A stretch of 64,000 bases of DNA. Origin: Vicugna vicugna (Eukaryota). The stretch covers positions 2,989,370 to 3,053,369 of the forward strand of contig MU057744.1 in the NCBI GenBank assembly GCA_013265495.1. Direction: 5' to 3'. This document shows, piece by piece, positions 40,515 to 53,298 of the stretch. Numbering within the stretch: position 1 is the stretch's first letter; every line of letters begins with the position of its first letter. The notes below the pieces were generated by a model that was not told the origin of the DNA, ran no database searches, and saw only the letters and a list, made by a program, of their open reading frames with translations. A program made the position numbers and the translations under genes.

Positions 40515-41439
40515 GAAGGCAGAAAATGTGTCATATCGTAACTTTCAATGGAACATCTAGAATAATTTGTAACTGTGGATGTTTTTAAAATTTCTGGTAT
40601 AAGCTGAGAGCAGTACATTTTCTTAGCTTAAAGAATTTCACAATATTTATGCTTCAAGAAGAGCGCTGTCTGTTGCAAACCCAGTTTTCTGCCACAAACA
40701 AAGGGAGAGTTATTTCTCTGGACATTAACTTCTTTCTTTTTCTAAAAGCATGCTGCATGGCTTCAAAGGCAACACAGACAAACAACTGTTGTGAAAAATG
40801 AGAAGTGACAGTGCATTTATGTCCTTGCACCAAGCTTTTAGGCAGGCAGGAGTCTGCATCTCGAATGAATAAAACTTGATGGAATGCCCTGAACTCCGTC
40901 ATCACCTTGCCAAGAGAGTACAAGGTGATTGTGACTCCTTCTCTTTGCAATAAATGAAAGTATAATGCCATTGATTACCAGTCAGCTGTCTAAAACATTA
41001 TATTTTATCTTTTAATGACTTTTATGTTTATTAAGATAGAATCTCATTAAAAGCCACTGAACATTTCAGGAACATGAACTAGGGAACTGCCTGCCTGCTG
41101 ACTGCGACCGTAAGACCTCTGACCCCTGGTGGCTTCCTTATCCAAGTTACTGAGAGCTAGAAAACCCCGCTGTCCTCCTCCCCTCGTACCAGGGTGTAGA
41201 CTTCCAGGAAGCTCAGAGCTCATTCCTGCATATGTTTCCCTAATATTTTTTCTTATTTGTAATAACCATTTGGAGGCTAGCCCTTCTAGTAAAACACTCC
41301 TTCTCTTTTGAGAGAGAATTCGCTGTATGTAAGAGGGCCTTCCCAGCACAGGAATATGTGAGAAATCACACAGACATGTTAAATGAAGGAGGACCCGACA
41401 GAAGTGTGCTAAGAGGTTTTCTTTTCTGCAAGTAGTCCC

Positions 41440-42010
41440 TGCAGCCTTGGAAACAGCACTCGGAAGCTCCCTTCTGACCTTCCCTGTGAAGTGGGCGTCA
41501 CACCTCCCTTGCAGGGCTGCTGCGAGAATTAGGACCGAGTTTGCCTGCAGAGGGGCCTTGCATGTGAAGGAGCCTTACGAGTATTAGTGACAGCTACCTG
41601 TGAGTGTTTCTGAGCTCTTACTCTCACGTCAAAGACTGTAATGACAGTAAATCGAAGACCGTGGTCAAGCCCAGGTGGTTTTCCACTAGCGTTCGAGGTA
41701 ACAGGAACTCTATAACCTCTTGAAACTTCAGTTCCCTCGCCCTGAAATGGGGAAAGCCAGTGCGTCAGCCTCCTAGGACTTCTGAGAGAACGAAAGGAGA
41801 AGTGGTGTGTGCACTTTGGCACACTGTAAGTGCTTGAAAAAGGCGAGCAGTTGTTATCGCCGACTGCAGCGTCTCAAGAAAACCCCGACATTTGGCTGAG
41901 TGCTGATTATCACTCTCGTGAGAAGAGGCTAGTAACTGGCCCAGGTTCGCTTAGCTGGCAAGTGGCTAAGCCAAGAGTGAGTTGCCCTAGTTCCCAAATC
42001 CTGGTTTTCC
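41440..42010. mobile_element. Cluster of MIR fragments in both orientations
   Basis: MIR-like cores at ~41440-41590 (+), ~41720-41840 (+) and ~41920-42010 (-). Confidence 0.5.
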
Positions 42011-45000
42011 CGTTTATGTTACATCTGTTGCCACTGCTGTGTTTTTCGTTTCGTTCACCATCAACCTAGCATACCCTGCGAAGTTGCTGGCTTGGGGTGT
42101 TCAGCTGTCAGCTGACTTTAATGAAAACCAGGCATGGTGTCCTTCAGGCCTCCTAGGAGGTCGTGGAGTCCAGGGAATTTTGCCGTCTGAATTATCTCCG
42201 ATTTTTCTTCAGGAAGGGGCATTTTCAAAGGACACATTTTAGAATGCACTGGTTTTGATTCTCTTTGCCTAGGTTTACTTTAAAACTGACTAAAGCAAGT
42301 GGGGGCTCACTAATCGGTGTATCTGTTGAGAGAGGACAATTTCCACACACGTTCTCATGTAATCGCTTTTAAAGAGCACGAGGGAAGACTCAACAGTCAA
42401 ATACATTTTCCAGGCTATCTGTAATAAGCAGAAGCAATCAGCTCATTAAATACACGCACTGGACTAGAAAAGACAGGTGAAGTGTCTCACCCGCTTACAG
42501 AAGAGAACCAAAGCCACGTGGGCGGGAGCCACGTTCAGTCACCATTTAACCCCCTGCCCGCCTCTGTCAGCCCGGATTGTTCTCAGCTTTACAAGTGGGC
42601 TCGATGCTTAACACAAGTACAAGGCTAGTGGATTGCTGTCAGTGACATGATGCTGTCCGGTCTCCCAAACTGCGTCCTTGAAAGACCGTTCCATGAGGTG
42701 CTCTTGGTGGGAGACTGAGAAGACCAGTGTGGTCAGACGTAGACACTGGTGAAGCTGGGTTAAGGCCCTTTCAATTTTCTACAGGTTTGAAATTTTTCAA
42801 GATCAGAAATCGGGGGATGGGAAGGGTGGGGAAGCAGAAGCTATTTCCAGGGAGGTCACTGGTGTTAGAAATTAGCCTTTAAGTACAATGAAGACAACAG
42901 TGTGATTTCGGTCATTCTGAGAAAATGTACCCGGTGGTGCTCAGAGGGGAAAGTGCGTGCGCAGTCGTTCCCAGCGAGCCTCCCTGCCTAAGAGGCAGAG
43001 GGGGGTGGCGGGTGCTGGCGCCCACATGCCCTCCCGTCTCAGGTGATCTGCCCGTCTCATGCCCTCTGGAACCTTCTGAGTTTAGCCCAGTCCGTATCTG
43101 CTGCAGAGGCGTCTCTGGCCATGGAAGGGTGGACTGACGGCATTTGCAGTAGAATGATTTGCCCTTCAAAAGTCATACACCGTTATTTCTGTTTGGCTAT
43201 AATTTAGGGATAATGTAATTTCTCCAATGTAAATATTGTAAACATTTGGTATGTGGCACACACTTATCTAGATAAATAAAAATGTGTACAGCTTTCTCTC
43301 TGCGGTAATTTAAACTCAGATTCTATGATTACATATTGTAGTTTAAAACGGCACCCATTATGAGGCAGTCATAACCAATACAGCATCTTCTGTATGTTCT
43401 AAGACCTACTGAAATTAACTTGCAAAAAGCTTTCTGTGGTTCTTTCACTGATATTGGAAATCTGGTTTTCTGTGTTCGACTCGAGGAATCAGGGATTCCT
43501 AAGTTGAACGGTTCATTAATTGGGTTAAGGGAGGCACAGGTATATGTTTTATCATTGACACAAGACCTATTCTGAAATAACTCTAAACAGTTGTTAGCAA
43601 AGAGATTTGTAACAGAGAATGTTCAACGTTCATCAGATTTATTTTGACTTCTCAGCTACTTCTCCGGAAGAGAAGTGGCCTCCCAGTTTCTTTGCAGTTT
43701 CTTTTTTGAACTTACTTGGTCATTTTCACAGGGTTAAAAACTAGCTCCTTGTTTTGTTTTGTCTTTTTTTTTTCTGTTTCCTCTCCTTATCTCCTGATGT
43801 TCAAAGTGTATGTTCTCACACATCCGGTAGCACATGTTTAACAGTAACTGTGCTCAATTATTGCTGAGACAAAACTTTTTTTAAAATTCCTACAATGTAT
43901 TAATGTTCTGGGACCCAAGAAACGCACACGAAGATTTAAGCTGAAATCAGGACTGTTTGGGGATGGACGTGTCTTACGCTCATCGAGGACTCCCACGCTG
44001 AACAGTGGAGCAGGTCGGTCACATTAAAGTGAGATCAGTGACTGGAATAGCAGCGCGCTGGGCCTGCCGGGCCTCGCAGCAGTCAGCTCCCGTGAGCAGT
44101 TCTAATATTGACCCTGTTTCGGGGAAGCTTTCATGTACCTGCCGAGGCGTTTTTTGACTTTCAAGAGGCAACTTCACTGCAGAGCGTTTTGTACGTACAT
44201 GACATCCTGCGAGTACCGACTGTGAAGAGCTTCAAATGCCGCCTGATATAAACCCTGTCTCTTTGGAGTTACGTAATGATGGTGCCCCACAGAAAAGACT
44301 GACACCGGACCCAGCATGAGCCGGAAGGAATCGGGGTTGGCGGGGAGAGGGCGAAAATAGACAGAGGCCAGAAATCCTTGAGAACGTATTGGATTATTCA
44401 GATTTCTATTAAAATTACTGGACTAGATGGTTCTCCCACATGCTGTAGCAGCATCCAGAAGTCTGTTAGCTTTGCTCTCAAGCACAGCAACAAACCTAGA
44501 CTTCACCCATCAGCCAGAGACTAAAGATCTTCCTTTGCAGCCGTCAGTACAAAGCCCAGTTTGAAGTTTCCACATGGTCCACAGACGGTCAGTGTTGCCC
44601 TGTCCCCACTTCCCTTATGACGTGCAAACTGTTTTCCTGGACACGAGGCCTTTAGAGCTACGGCTCCAGGAAAACCAGAGGGCCACGGCAGCTTTGTGAA
44701 GACTGTGGCTCTCTAAGCCATACAAGAAGACAAAGTGCCTTTTTCTTCCTCCTGGAAGACAGCTTCCTTCCAGGATTAGTCGCTGAAAACTTGGTCTTCA
44801 CAGAAGTCTTTAAAATTCTCCAGTGACACTGGTTTCCCATAAATAGAATGAATCTATGTATGTATTTTTGGGTTAGTCACTAGATGTTGGAAGTGATTTC
44901 CGATATTGAAATAATATACCATGTGAATTCTGCTAAATTGTCAAAGGATTTCTTCCAAGCGTTGATTTTATAAAGTGATAGTGAAATGTCTTTGCACAGC

Positions 45001-45179
45001 TGTTCGTGTATGTTCACTGTATGTTTGTATGTGAGGGGGCTGTGTGTTGTGCTGGCCATAGTTCTGTTCTTACAGTGTGACACCGATAGCCCTCAGTCAA
45101 AGATAAGAATATGTTCTTTCAGAATAATTCTTAGAATAAGAGGTTTTGACCCCAAACCATGCCCTTAAAGACTGTACAG

Positions 45180-45490
45180 GATCCATCCTGCCCTCTTGGA
45201 GTGCTGCGGTCATGCAGGCAGGCATCATTTACTGAGGATCTTGAAGCGTCCCCGTGGAAGATGAGGCCTTGCACCAGCAGCAGCCCCGACGTGCCAGCCG
45301 TGTGAGCAGGTCTTCCAGGCCCAACTGACACGTGACCGCAACTGCATGAAAGAGCCGTCACTGGCCCTGCCCCGCCAGTCTTCTCAAGTTCCTGTCCAGC
45401 AGATACCACGGGGAGCAATAAGCCATCATGACTGTTCCCAGCCGCCACGATTTAGGGCGCTTGCTTAGTGCAGACGTGTTGGTAGCAGAC
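45180..45490 (+). mobile_element. MaLR LTR fragment (MLT1F/G-like)
   Basis: 'gtgccagccgtgtgagcaggtctt...gaccgcaactgcatgaaagagcc...ctcaagttcctg' and an MLT1-type end. Confidence 0.55.
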
Positions 45491-45984
45491 GCGTTCATCG
45501 CACGTCCTCCCTCTGGGCAGGTGGGAAACGGGCTTTCTGGCTAGTGAAGACTGGGAGGTAGAGGCATTGTCCGGATAATGCCTTTGAATCCACTTTCTCC
45601 TTCCAAGAAATGTGTGGCCTTGCAGATAGATGCTGAACCTGGTTCAAGAACAAGAAATTCTCAGTGCATCTAAACATTTCCCTGCAAAAGTTTATACACT
45701 GTTAGTGTAAGTCTTTCTGGAAAGGTTACGTAAGCTCACAGACGGACAGCTGGCTTTCCAGCAAAAACCTGAGCTTTCCTGACCTGGTAAAATCCTTTCT
45801 TGAGCATTCAGTCTGCAGCATTACTCTGTCTGTGGGTGTCCAGGTGGACTCCTGGGCCCAGGAGAGCTCTGCTACAAGGCACTGAGTCAGCCCCAGCCTT
45901 GCCTCACAAGACCAGACCTCATGCTCAAGTGGACGGAGACTTAATCTAGTCTAGGATTCTGCAGAGAAATAGAAGCAATATAGA

Positions 45985-46212
45985 GAGCTGACCTTGAATG
46001 ACACCAGGGTTGGGAGAACCAACCGTGCCCTTTCCTGCACAGTTGAAATCCGTGTATAATGTTAAGCAGGTCCCCCATGTCTGTGGTCCAACACCTGCAA
46101 ATTCAACCAGTCCCAGATCTGATCCTGTGGTACTGTTGTTCATGTTTATGGGAAAAATGCACACTGAAGTGGACCCGAAAGGGTCAAACCTATGTTGCTC
46201 AAGGGTCAACTA
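45985..46212. mobile_element. TcMar-Tigger MITE (Tigger2-derived)
   Basis: Terminal inverted repeats 'gagctgaccttgaa' and 'ctcaagggtcaacta' resemble CAGTTGACCCTTGAA; internal 'gaaatccgtgtataa' and 'aagtggacccg'. Confidence 0.8.
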
Positions 46213-46241
46213 TGTATTTGTTTATAATTTATTATAAGAAA

Positions 46242-46621
46242 CAGCAGTGTCTTTGTCTGGTTTTGTTATCAGGGTGATGGTGGCTTCATGGAATGCAACC
46301 CTCCTCTTCAATCCTTTGGAAGAATTTGAGAAGGATCAGTATGAGCTCTTTGTATATTGGTAGAATTCCCCAGTGAAGCCATCTGGTCCTGGACTTTTGT
46401 TTGTAAGGAGGTTTTTTTATTGCTAATTCTATTTCATTTCTAGTGATCGGTCTGTTCAAGTGGTCTGTTTCTTCTTAATTTAGTCTTGGTAGACTGTATG
46501 CTTCTAGAAACTTGTATATATATATGCATGACCGGGACACTGTGCTGTACACCAGAAATTGACATATTGTAACTGACTGTACTTCAACTTAAAATAATAA
46601 ATTAATTAAAAAAAAAAGAAA
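46242..46621 (+). mobile_element. LINE-1 insertion with an inverted 5' segment
   Basis: ~46246-46514 is antisense ORF2 (minus strand encodes KSPGPDGFTGEFYQ); 46515-46621 is a sense 3' end with poly(A); candidate TSD aagaaa at 46236-46241 and 46622-46627. Confidence 0.75.
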
Positions 46622-47790
46622 AAGAAATGGCTCACCCGGGCATGGAGGCTGAGAAGCACCGAGGTCCACAGCTGGTGAACTGGGGCCCCAGGAGAGCCTG
46701 TGGTGTGTTCCAGTCTGAGTCTCCAGGCCCGAGAACCAGGAGGGCCAGTGGTTTTCAAGTTCCAGTCTAGACTCACAGGCAGGGAAGACAGTGGTCCCAG
46801 CTCAAAGCCTTCAGGCAGAGAGAGTCAATTCTCACTTTTCCCTTTTGTTCTAGTCAGAGCTCCAGAACTGGAGGAGCCCACCCACACTGGGGAGCGCAGG
46901 TTCCTTTGCACAGTCTGCCAATTCAGTCTCACTCTGAAACATCCCAGAATCACGTTTAGCCAAGTATCTGGGCACCCCCTGACCCAGTCAAGTTGACACA
47001 AAATTAACCAACACAGTAGGTAATGTATGTGTTATATGTACATGCACACAGGAACATATCTGTGACTACATATGTACATATGCACACATACATACATGTG
47101 TTTAAACCATTTATTGGCCACTTAGAATACACAATAAAGAACCACTTCCCATGTGTCAAGTCACAGATGTTACCGCGTTATTTTTTTCAGAAATCTTCAT
47201 AACTACGATTTGCAGATTTTACAGATGAAGAAACGTAAGCTAAAGAAATTATGTTCACTAGGCCCACCCCTGAACTAATTTCAGAGCTATCATTTGAAAC
47301 AACTCTGATTTTATTTTTCTTATTCTTAATTGAAGTGTAGTTGATTTACAATGCTGTTTTAGTTTCTGGTGTACAGCATAGTGATTCAGTTATACATATA
47401 TATTCATGTATTTCATATCTTTTCATATTCTTTTTCATTATAGTTTACTACAAGAAATTGAATATAGTTCCCTGTGCTATACAGTAGGACCTTGTTGTTT
47501 ATCTGTTTTATATATAGCAGTGTATATCTGCTAATCCCAAACTCCCAATTTATCCTTCCCCCCAACTTTTCTCCCTGGTACCGTAAGTTTGTTTTCTATG
47601 TTGATGAATCTGTTTCTATTTTGTACATAAGTTCATTTGTTTCATTTTTTTAAGATTCTACATATAAGTGATATCATATGGTATTCTTTCTCTTTCTGAC
47701 TTACTTCACTTAGTATGATGATCTCCAGGTCCATCCATGTTGCTGCAAATGGCATTATTTCCTTCTTTTTTATGGCTGAGTAGTATTCCA

Positions 47791-47814
47791 GTGTGTGTGT
47801 GTGTGTGTGTGTGT
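47791..47814. repeat. (GT)12 microsatellite inside L1
   Basis: Perfect GT dinucleotide run. Confidence 0.95.
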
Positions 47815-47923
47815 ACCGCAGCTTCTTTTTCCAGTCACCTGTTCATGGACATTTGGGTTGCTTCCATGTCTTGGCCATTGTAAATAGTGCTGCTGTGAAC
47901 ATTGAGTGAGGAGGTATCTTTTT

Positions 47924-48176
47924 TTTTTTTTAACATTTTTTTATTGAGTGATAGTCATTTTACAATATACAATGTTGAATTCCAGTGTAGAGCACAATTT
48001 TTCAGTTATACATGAACATACATATATTCATTGTCACATTTTTTTTCACTGTGAGCTACCACAAGATCTTGTATATATTTCCCTGTGCTATGCAGTATAA
48101 TCTTGTTTATCTATTCTACATACGCCTTTCAGTATCTACAAATTTTGAACTCTCAGTCTATCCTTTCCCACCCCCT
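47924..48176 (-). mobile_element. Younger LINE-1 3' end nested in L1
   Basis: Poly(T) plus a 3' UTR of the 5995-7109 type; TSD gaggtatcttttt at 47911-47923 and 48177-48189. Confidence 0.9.
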
Positions 48177-49639
48177 GAGGTATCTTTTTGAATTAGAGTT
48201 CCCTCTGGATATACACCCAGGAGTGGGATTGCTGGATCATAGGGTAAGTCTATTTTTAGTTTTTTAAGGAATCTCCATACTGTTTTCCATAGTGGCTGCA
48301 CCAAACTACATTCCCACCAGCAATTTAAGAGGGTTCCCTTTTCTCCACACTTTTTCCTGCATTTATCATTTGTGGACTTTTTCATGCCATTGTAACTGGT
48401 GTGAGGTGATACCTCATGGTAGGTTTGATTTGCATTTCCCTGATAATTAGCGATATTGAGCATCTTTTCATGTGCTTATTTGCTATTTGTATGTTTTCAC
48501 TGGAGAAATGGCTATTTAGGTCTTCTGTGCATTTTTTGATTAGGCTGTCTATTTTTTTGTTATTGAATTGTATGAACTGTTTATATATTCTGGAAATCAA
48601 TCCCGTTAGTTGCATTATTTGCAAATATTTTCTCTCATTCTGTAGGTTGTCGTTTTGTTTTGCTTATGGTTTCCTTTGCTGTGCAAAAGCTTATGTTTAA
48701 TTTTGAGTTTATTTTTGTGTATGGTGTGAGGGAGAAAGAGCTCTGATTTTAAAATCTTCCTACTATGACTCAGAAATGTATATCACGCAGCATCAATTAA
48801 TAATTGTGTTCATTATTCTCCTAATAAATTAAGGAACTCAGTAGTGTAATTGTGCCTCACACAAAACAGACATCCAAAGAACTCCTGTGGAAGGGCTGAT
48901 TGTATTTCTAAACAGACACCATGGAAAGTTTTGCAGCAAAATCATTCCCAAACCTAGGATTTTCTTTAAGAGAGTAAGTCATCAACAGCATCTTACTCCA
49001 CAGCTGGGCCAGTTACCTGAGCACACATTGGTAATGACATTCTTAATGGTGACCTGAGGTTCTTTCAGTATCTCAAAGGATTTATGCCATTGAGTTTTAC
49101 TGTTTCCTATACTCAAAGTTCACAAATGATTGGAAATGAGAGTATGTCTATGCCAGCTTTCTATTAATGAATTATTTAATCAAAACATTTTTCTGGTGAC
49201 TTCAGATGGGAGCAAATATTGTCAAAGATGTTTATCAAAAATATGGGTAGTGTCTACAGAGTACAGTTCTAAATCGCCCTGCAATTTGCCACAGCAACCT
49301 CATGCACATTCCATGGTGTGAGAAACGGAATACTGCAGAATGAATGTGTCATGAGAATTCCATGGGCAAGTCATCACTGCCGTGGTCCAGCAGGTTCAGC
49401 TTGCTCTAGGGGTTCTCATATTTGCTGCCTGCAAATGTTAGAAGATAACTTTTAAGAGTTGTGTGTCACACTTACATTTGAAATGTCTCACTGCCTGAAT
49501 AAATTCAGCATCTCAAAATGAGATCAACTTCATTCTAAGAAGCTGAATACAGGTCTTCTGATACAGTTTTTTTTTTTACTTGCCTGCATTTATCACCCCC
49601 TTAGAAAAGAAGGGGTTCCACCCCACATCGCTTCATTGC

Positions 49640-49842
49640 ACATCCCGGTTTATTTTCTCTGAGGTCACAGTGTAGTTACCTGTGGATGTGTGTTCGCTTG
49701 GGCATCGTCTGTCTTCCCCACTGACGTAGCAGCTCCTCACAAGCAGGAACATTTGCACTTGACTCCCTGATACACAACTAGCTCCCAGGAGAGGGTCTGG
49801 CACACAGTAGGTACACATTAAATATTTGTCGAATTTGTGACT
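49640..49842 (+). mobile_element. L2 3'-end fragment
   Basis: 'ttccccactgacgtagcagctcctcacaagcagga...gtctggcacacagtaggtacacattaaatatttgtcgaat'. Confidence 0.7.
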
Positions 49843-50872
49843 ACCTGACTTTTATTTGAGCATGTTGTTTCATCAGCTGGTTACCTTAGACTATTCTGTA
49901 GTAAACAAATCACTTTGACTGTATATTGAGTGACTTGTTCCTTTTCACTAAGGAAGGTGCTACAGTGAGCATCCGTGAAACAGGATCTTGAGGCTGGAAG
50001 TTGCCTTATGGCCTCTTCAGTGCTGCTGTCATTTCCTAGCTGAGTTCAAGGTCTTAGAGTGAAGATAACACCCAGGAGAACACAGCATTAGTAAGTAACA
50101 TCTGTCCAAACAAGGTGCCCAGTTCACAACTCTCTACGCTAGGTGCTAGCACTGCAGTAGGAAGTTAACTTCTCAGCAGCGCCGTTTTGCAAATGAAAAT
50201 ACAGATAAGCTGATGAATGCAGACAGAGTGACAGATGTGTTTTAAGATAAAAAGAAAATCTGAATCCATGGTCCCCCATATGTGAAAATGTTTTATCTTA
50301 ACTTTTTTTTCACATTTTTATTTGATGTCCCTCTGTTATTGTCATATGGTAATTCTGAAATTCTGATTTCAGTCTATTTTCTTGATGAAAATAGAACCAG
50401 GTGCAGGTTACAAGGTACCATCAAGGCAACCAGTGAAAATTAGCCAGAAACTGTTGTGTACTTGGTAGAACAGTGTTTCAGAAGGGCCAGAAGTATAGCT
50501 GAAGTGACAGAGGAAAAATGAAATGAATGGGAAGAAACAGTGTGATGGTGTCACAGGAAACCTTTTTGTTCAGATTTTTTGTGATTTAGTACAGATGTTT
50601 CAACCAGAAAAAAGAGTGGTCAGATCAGGAAATGGAATAAATTAATAAATGAGAAGATTCCTAGTGGCATTCCACACAGGGCATCCCACAGCAATTAAGT
50701 TATTAGAAAGCAGGCTCTATAGTTTGGAACTGATTACAGGAGGGCCTGAGTTCCAGAACTCCTATATAATTGGAAGCCACATTTCTCAGCTTTAATGTTA
50801 AACCACCCAAATCATTAAGCCTGGACCCCACTTTTTCAACAGCTTTGAAAACCCAATAACCCCACCTGTTAT

Positions 50873-51529
50873 AATGCTAGATTCCTACTGATTTAGAGAA
50901 TATATACATATACATTGATTTTTCATATTGTTATTTGCTATTTTTTCCCAAAAACAGCCTTCTGTGATTTTCAGATTAACTGCAGATGTTATTGGCAGCA
51001 TATGTTTTTATCTTCTGTGGAAGACAGTCTTTTGTCACTGTTCTCCCCAGCACTCTGGCCTTTGATTCCAGTCCCTTTCTCCAGTCTGTAACTCTTGAGC
51101 TCTGTCATCCCAGAAGTATCACTCTGTCTCTCTGTGCAGCGGGGTAATTTTTGAAAACATGGACAAAGAAGTTAGTTATTTGTTGCCAAATCCACCCTCA
51201 AATGCTAGATTCCTACTGATTTAGAGAATATATACATATACATTGATTTTTCATATTGTTATTTGCTATTTTTTCCCAAAAAACAGCCTTCTGTGATTTT
51301 CAGGTTAACTGCAGATGTTATTGGAAGCATATGTTTTTATCTTCTGTGGAAGACAGTCCTTTGTCACTGTTCTCCCCAGCACTCTGGCCTTTGATTCCAG
51401 TCCCTTTCTCTAGTCTGTAACTCTTGAGCTCTGTCATCCCAGAAGTATCACTCTGTCTCTCTGTGCAGCGGGGTAATTTTTGAAAACATGGACAAAGAAG
51501 TTAGTTATTTGTTGCCAAATCCACCCTCA
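50873..51529. repeat. Near-identical tandem duplication of unique sequence (328 + 329 bp)
   Basis: Copy 1 at 50873-51200 and copy 2 at 51201-51529; four substitutions and one 1-bp indel by eye. Confidence 0.97.
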
Positions 51530-51679
51530 GGGGTGGCCAACTGTATGTCCAGCTAAAAAGTGATAAATGTAATTAAGAAAATTGTTATCATAGGGGTGTT
51601 CCTATTAAATATAATCAGTGAGATCCACAGACTGAATGTGAGTATGAACATCCGTTTTCCTTTCCATTTTAAAATTTTA

Positions 51680-52232
51680 TTTTTAAAAATATTTACTTAT
51701 GTATTTATTTTTAGTGGAAGGGTAGTTGTGTTAGTTTCTGGTATACAGCATAGTGATTCAGTTATATAAATATAAATATATAGATTTCTTTCAGATTCTT
51801 TTCAATTATAAGTTATTACAAGATACTAAATGTAGTTCCCCAAGCTATACAGTAGGATCTTGTTTATCTATTTTATATAGTGTGTAGTGTGTATCTGTTA
51901 ACCCCAAACTCCTAATTTATCCCTTCCCCAATTTCCTCTTTATGATAACCAAAACTTTGTTTTCTGTGTCTGCCTCTTTCTGTTTTGTAAATAAGTTCAT
52001 TTGTGTCATGTTTTAGATTCCACACATAAACAGTATCATATGGTATTTGTCTTTCTCTTTCTGGTTTACTTCACTTAGATGAAAATCTGTAGGTCCATCC
52101 ATGTTGTTGCAAATGGCATTATTTCATTCTTTTTTAATTGCTGAGTAGTATTCTATTGTTTAAATATACCACATCTTCTTTATCCAGTCATCTGTTTATG
52201 GACATTTAGAGTGTTTCCATGTCTTGGCTATT
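51680..52232 (-). mobile_element. LINE-1 3' end
   Basis: Antisense 3' UTR and ORF2 end homologous to 47314-47900 and 33252-33800. Confidence 0.85.
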
Positions 52233-53129
52233 AAATTTTAATCACAGTGAACCATGTCTTGCCTCAATAGTAAAAATAAATAAAATTAAGTGATTAAACA
52301 AATATGAAAAGTTTGTAAAAAGAAAATGATAAAATCTAAGTGAATTATTTGAGCTGCAGTTTCCTTAACCACCTTCTCAGTAGCCTGGCTTAGGTCAGAG
52401 GCCTGATCCAGAAAGATTGCTTCCAGTCACTATTCTTTGATTTTTCTCAAATTTGTCATTTTTTAGAAAAAGTTTATACTTGGATAAATTAAGACTGTTT
52501 AATATTGATTTTTGTAAAGTGAAAATAAGATCAAGTTCAAGCATTCCAATCTGTTAACACACACACCTTTTACAAAATACTAACTGGAATGTATTATTGT
52601 GCATTTGGCTTCATTTTTCTTGTACAAATATACATGTGTTAAGACAGTCATCTATTTTGTACTTCCGTAGCCACGTGATAGTGTGTTGCTGCACCCTGGT
52701 CTGATTACAAGATATTGGTTATCATATTGCTAAGCTTTTTGGTTTTCTTCTTCTGTCTTTTCTTTTAAACCTTTAATCATATTTAGTATCAACACTTATG
52801 TGCAGATTCAGCTATGTGTTTAAGGTTGAATTGAAAAGTTCAACTTAAGTTGAATACATGTGATAACATATTCCCAGATTGTTCTTTAGAGAAAAATGAA
52901 TGAATTTACTGGCAAAATATGTGTCTGTACCATTATACCTCCCCAACCCACTATCTCAGGACAGCTTACATTTTTTACTTCAGTGCCTGGAAGTAGATTA
53001 AATTTGTGGATTTTTAATCACTCTCAGGGTGATGCATTTTTCCAAAGGACAACTTTCTGTTTTATCACTGTTTGGAATAATGGCCAGTAGAGAGGGGGTG
53101 AGGTACTGTCCATAATGTATGGCCTGCCC

Positions 53130-53298
53130 CAGCGGTTCTCCACCTTGGCTGCAGGTTACAGTCACCCTGGGGAGCTTTCAGAAACCCTGACACCCCAATT
53201 CCACTTAAGTCAGAGTCCCCAGGAGTGGAACTCAGGTATCAGTGCATCTCAAACCTTCTCAAATGATTCTGTTGGGTGCCAGATGTGGGAAGCACTAG
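53130..53298. mobile_element. hAT-Charlie MITE (MER5A-like)
   Basis: 'cagcggttctccaccttggctgcaggttacagtcaccctggggagcttt...tcaaatgattctg...gggaagcactag'. Confidence 0.7.

Larger units (their letters stand above)
45943..47015 (-). mobile_element. ERVL LTR (MLT2-type) split into three pieces by later insertions
   Basis: Minus strand begins TGTGTTGGTTAATTTTGTGTCAACTTGACTGGG (MLT2 5' end); pieces at ~45943-45984, 46213-46241 and 46622-47015. Confidence 0.8.
47314..48740 (-). mobile_element. 5'-truncated LINE-1 hosting a younger L1
   Basis: Antisense ORF2 C-terminus ([31 protein letters not shown]); TSD ctctgatttta at 47303-47313 and 48741-48751. Confidence 0.9.

Noticed and set aside
52839..52854. 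Perfect 16-bp palindrome ttcaacttaagttgaa
   Set aside because: About one such palindrome is expected by chance in 64 kb; no supporting context
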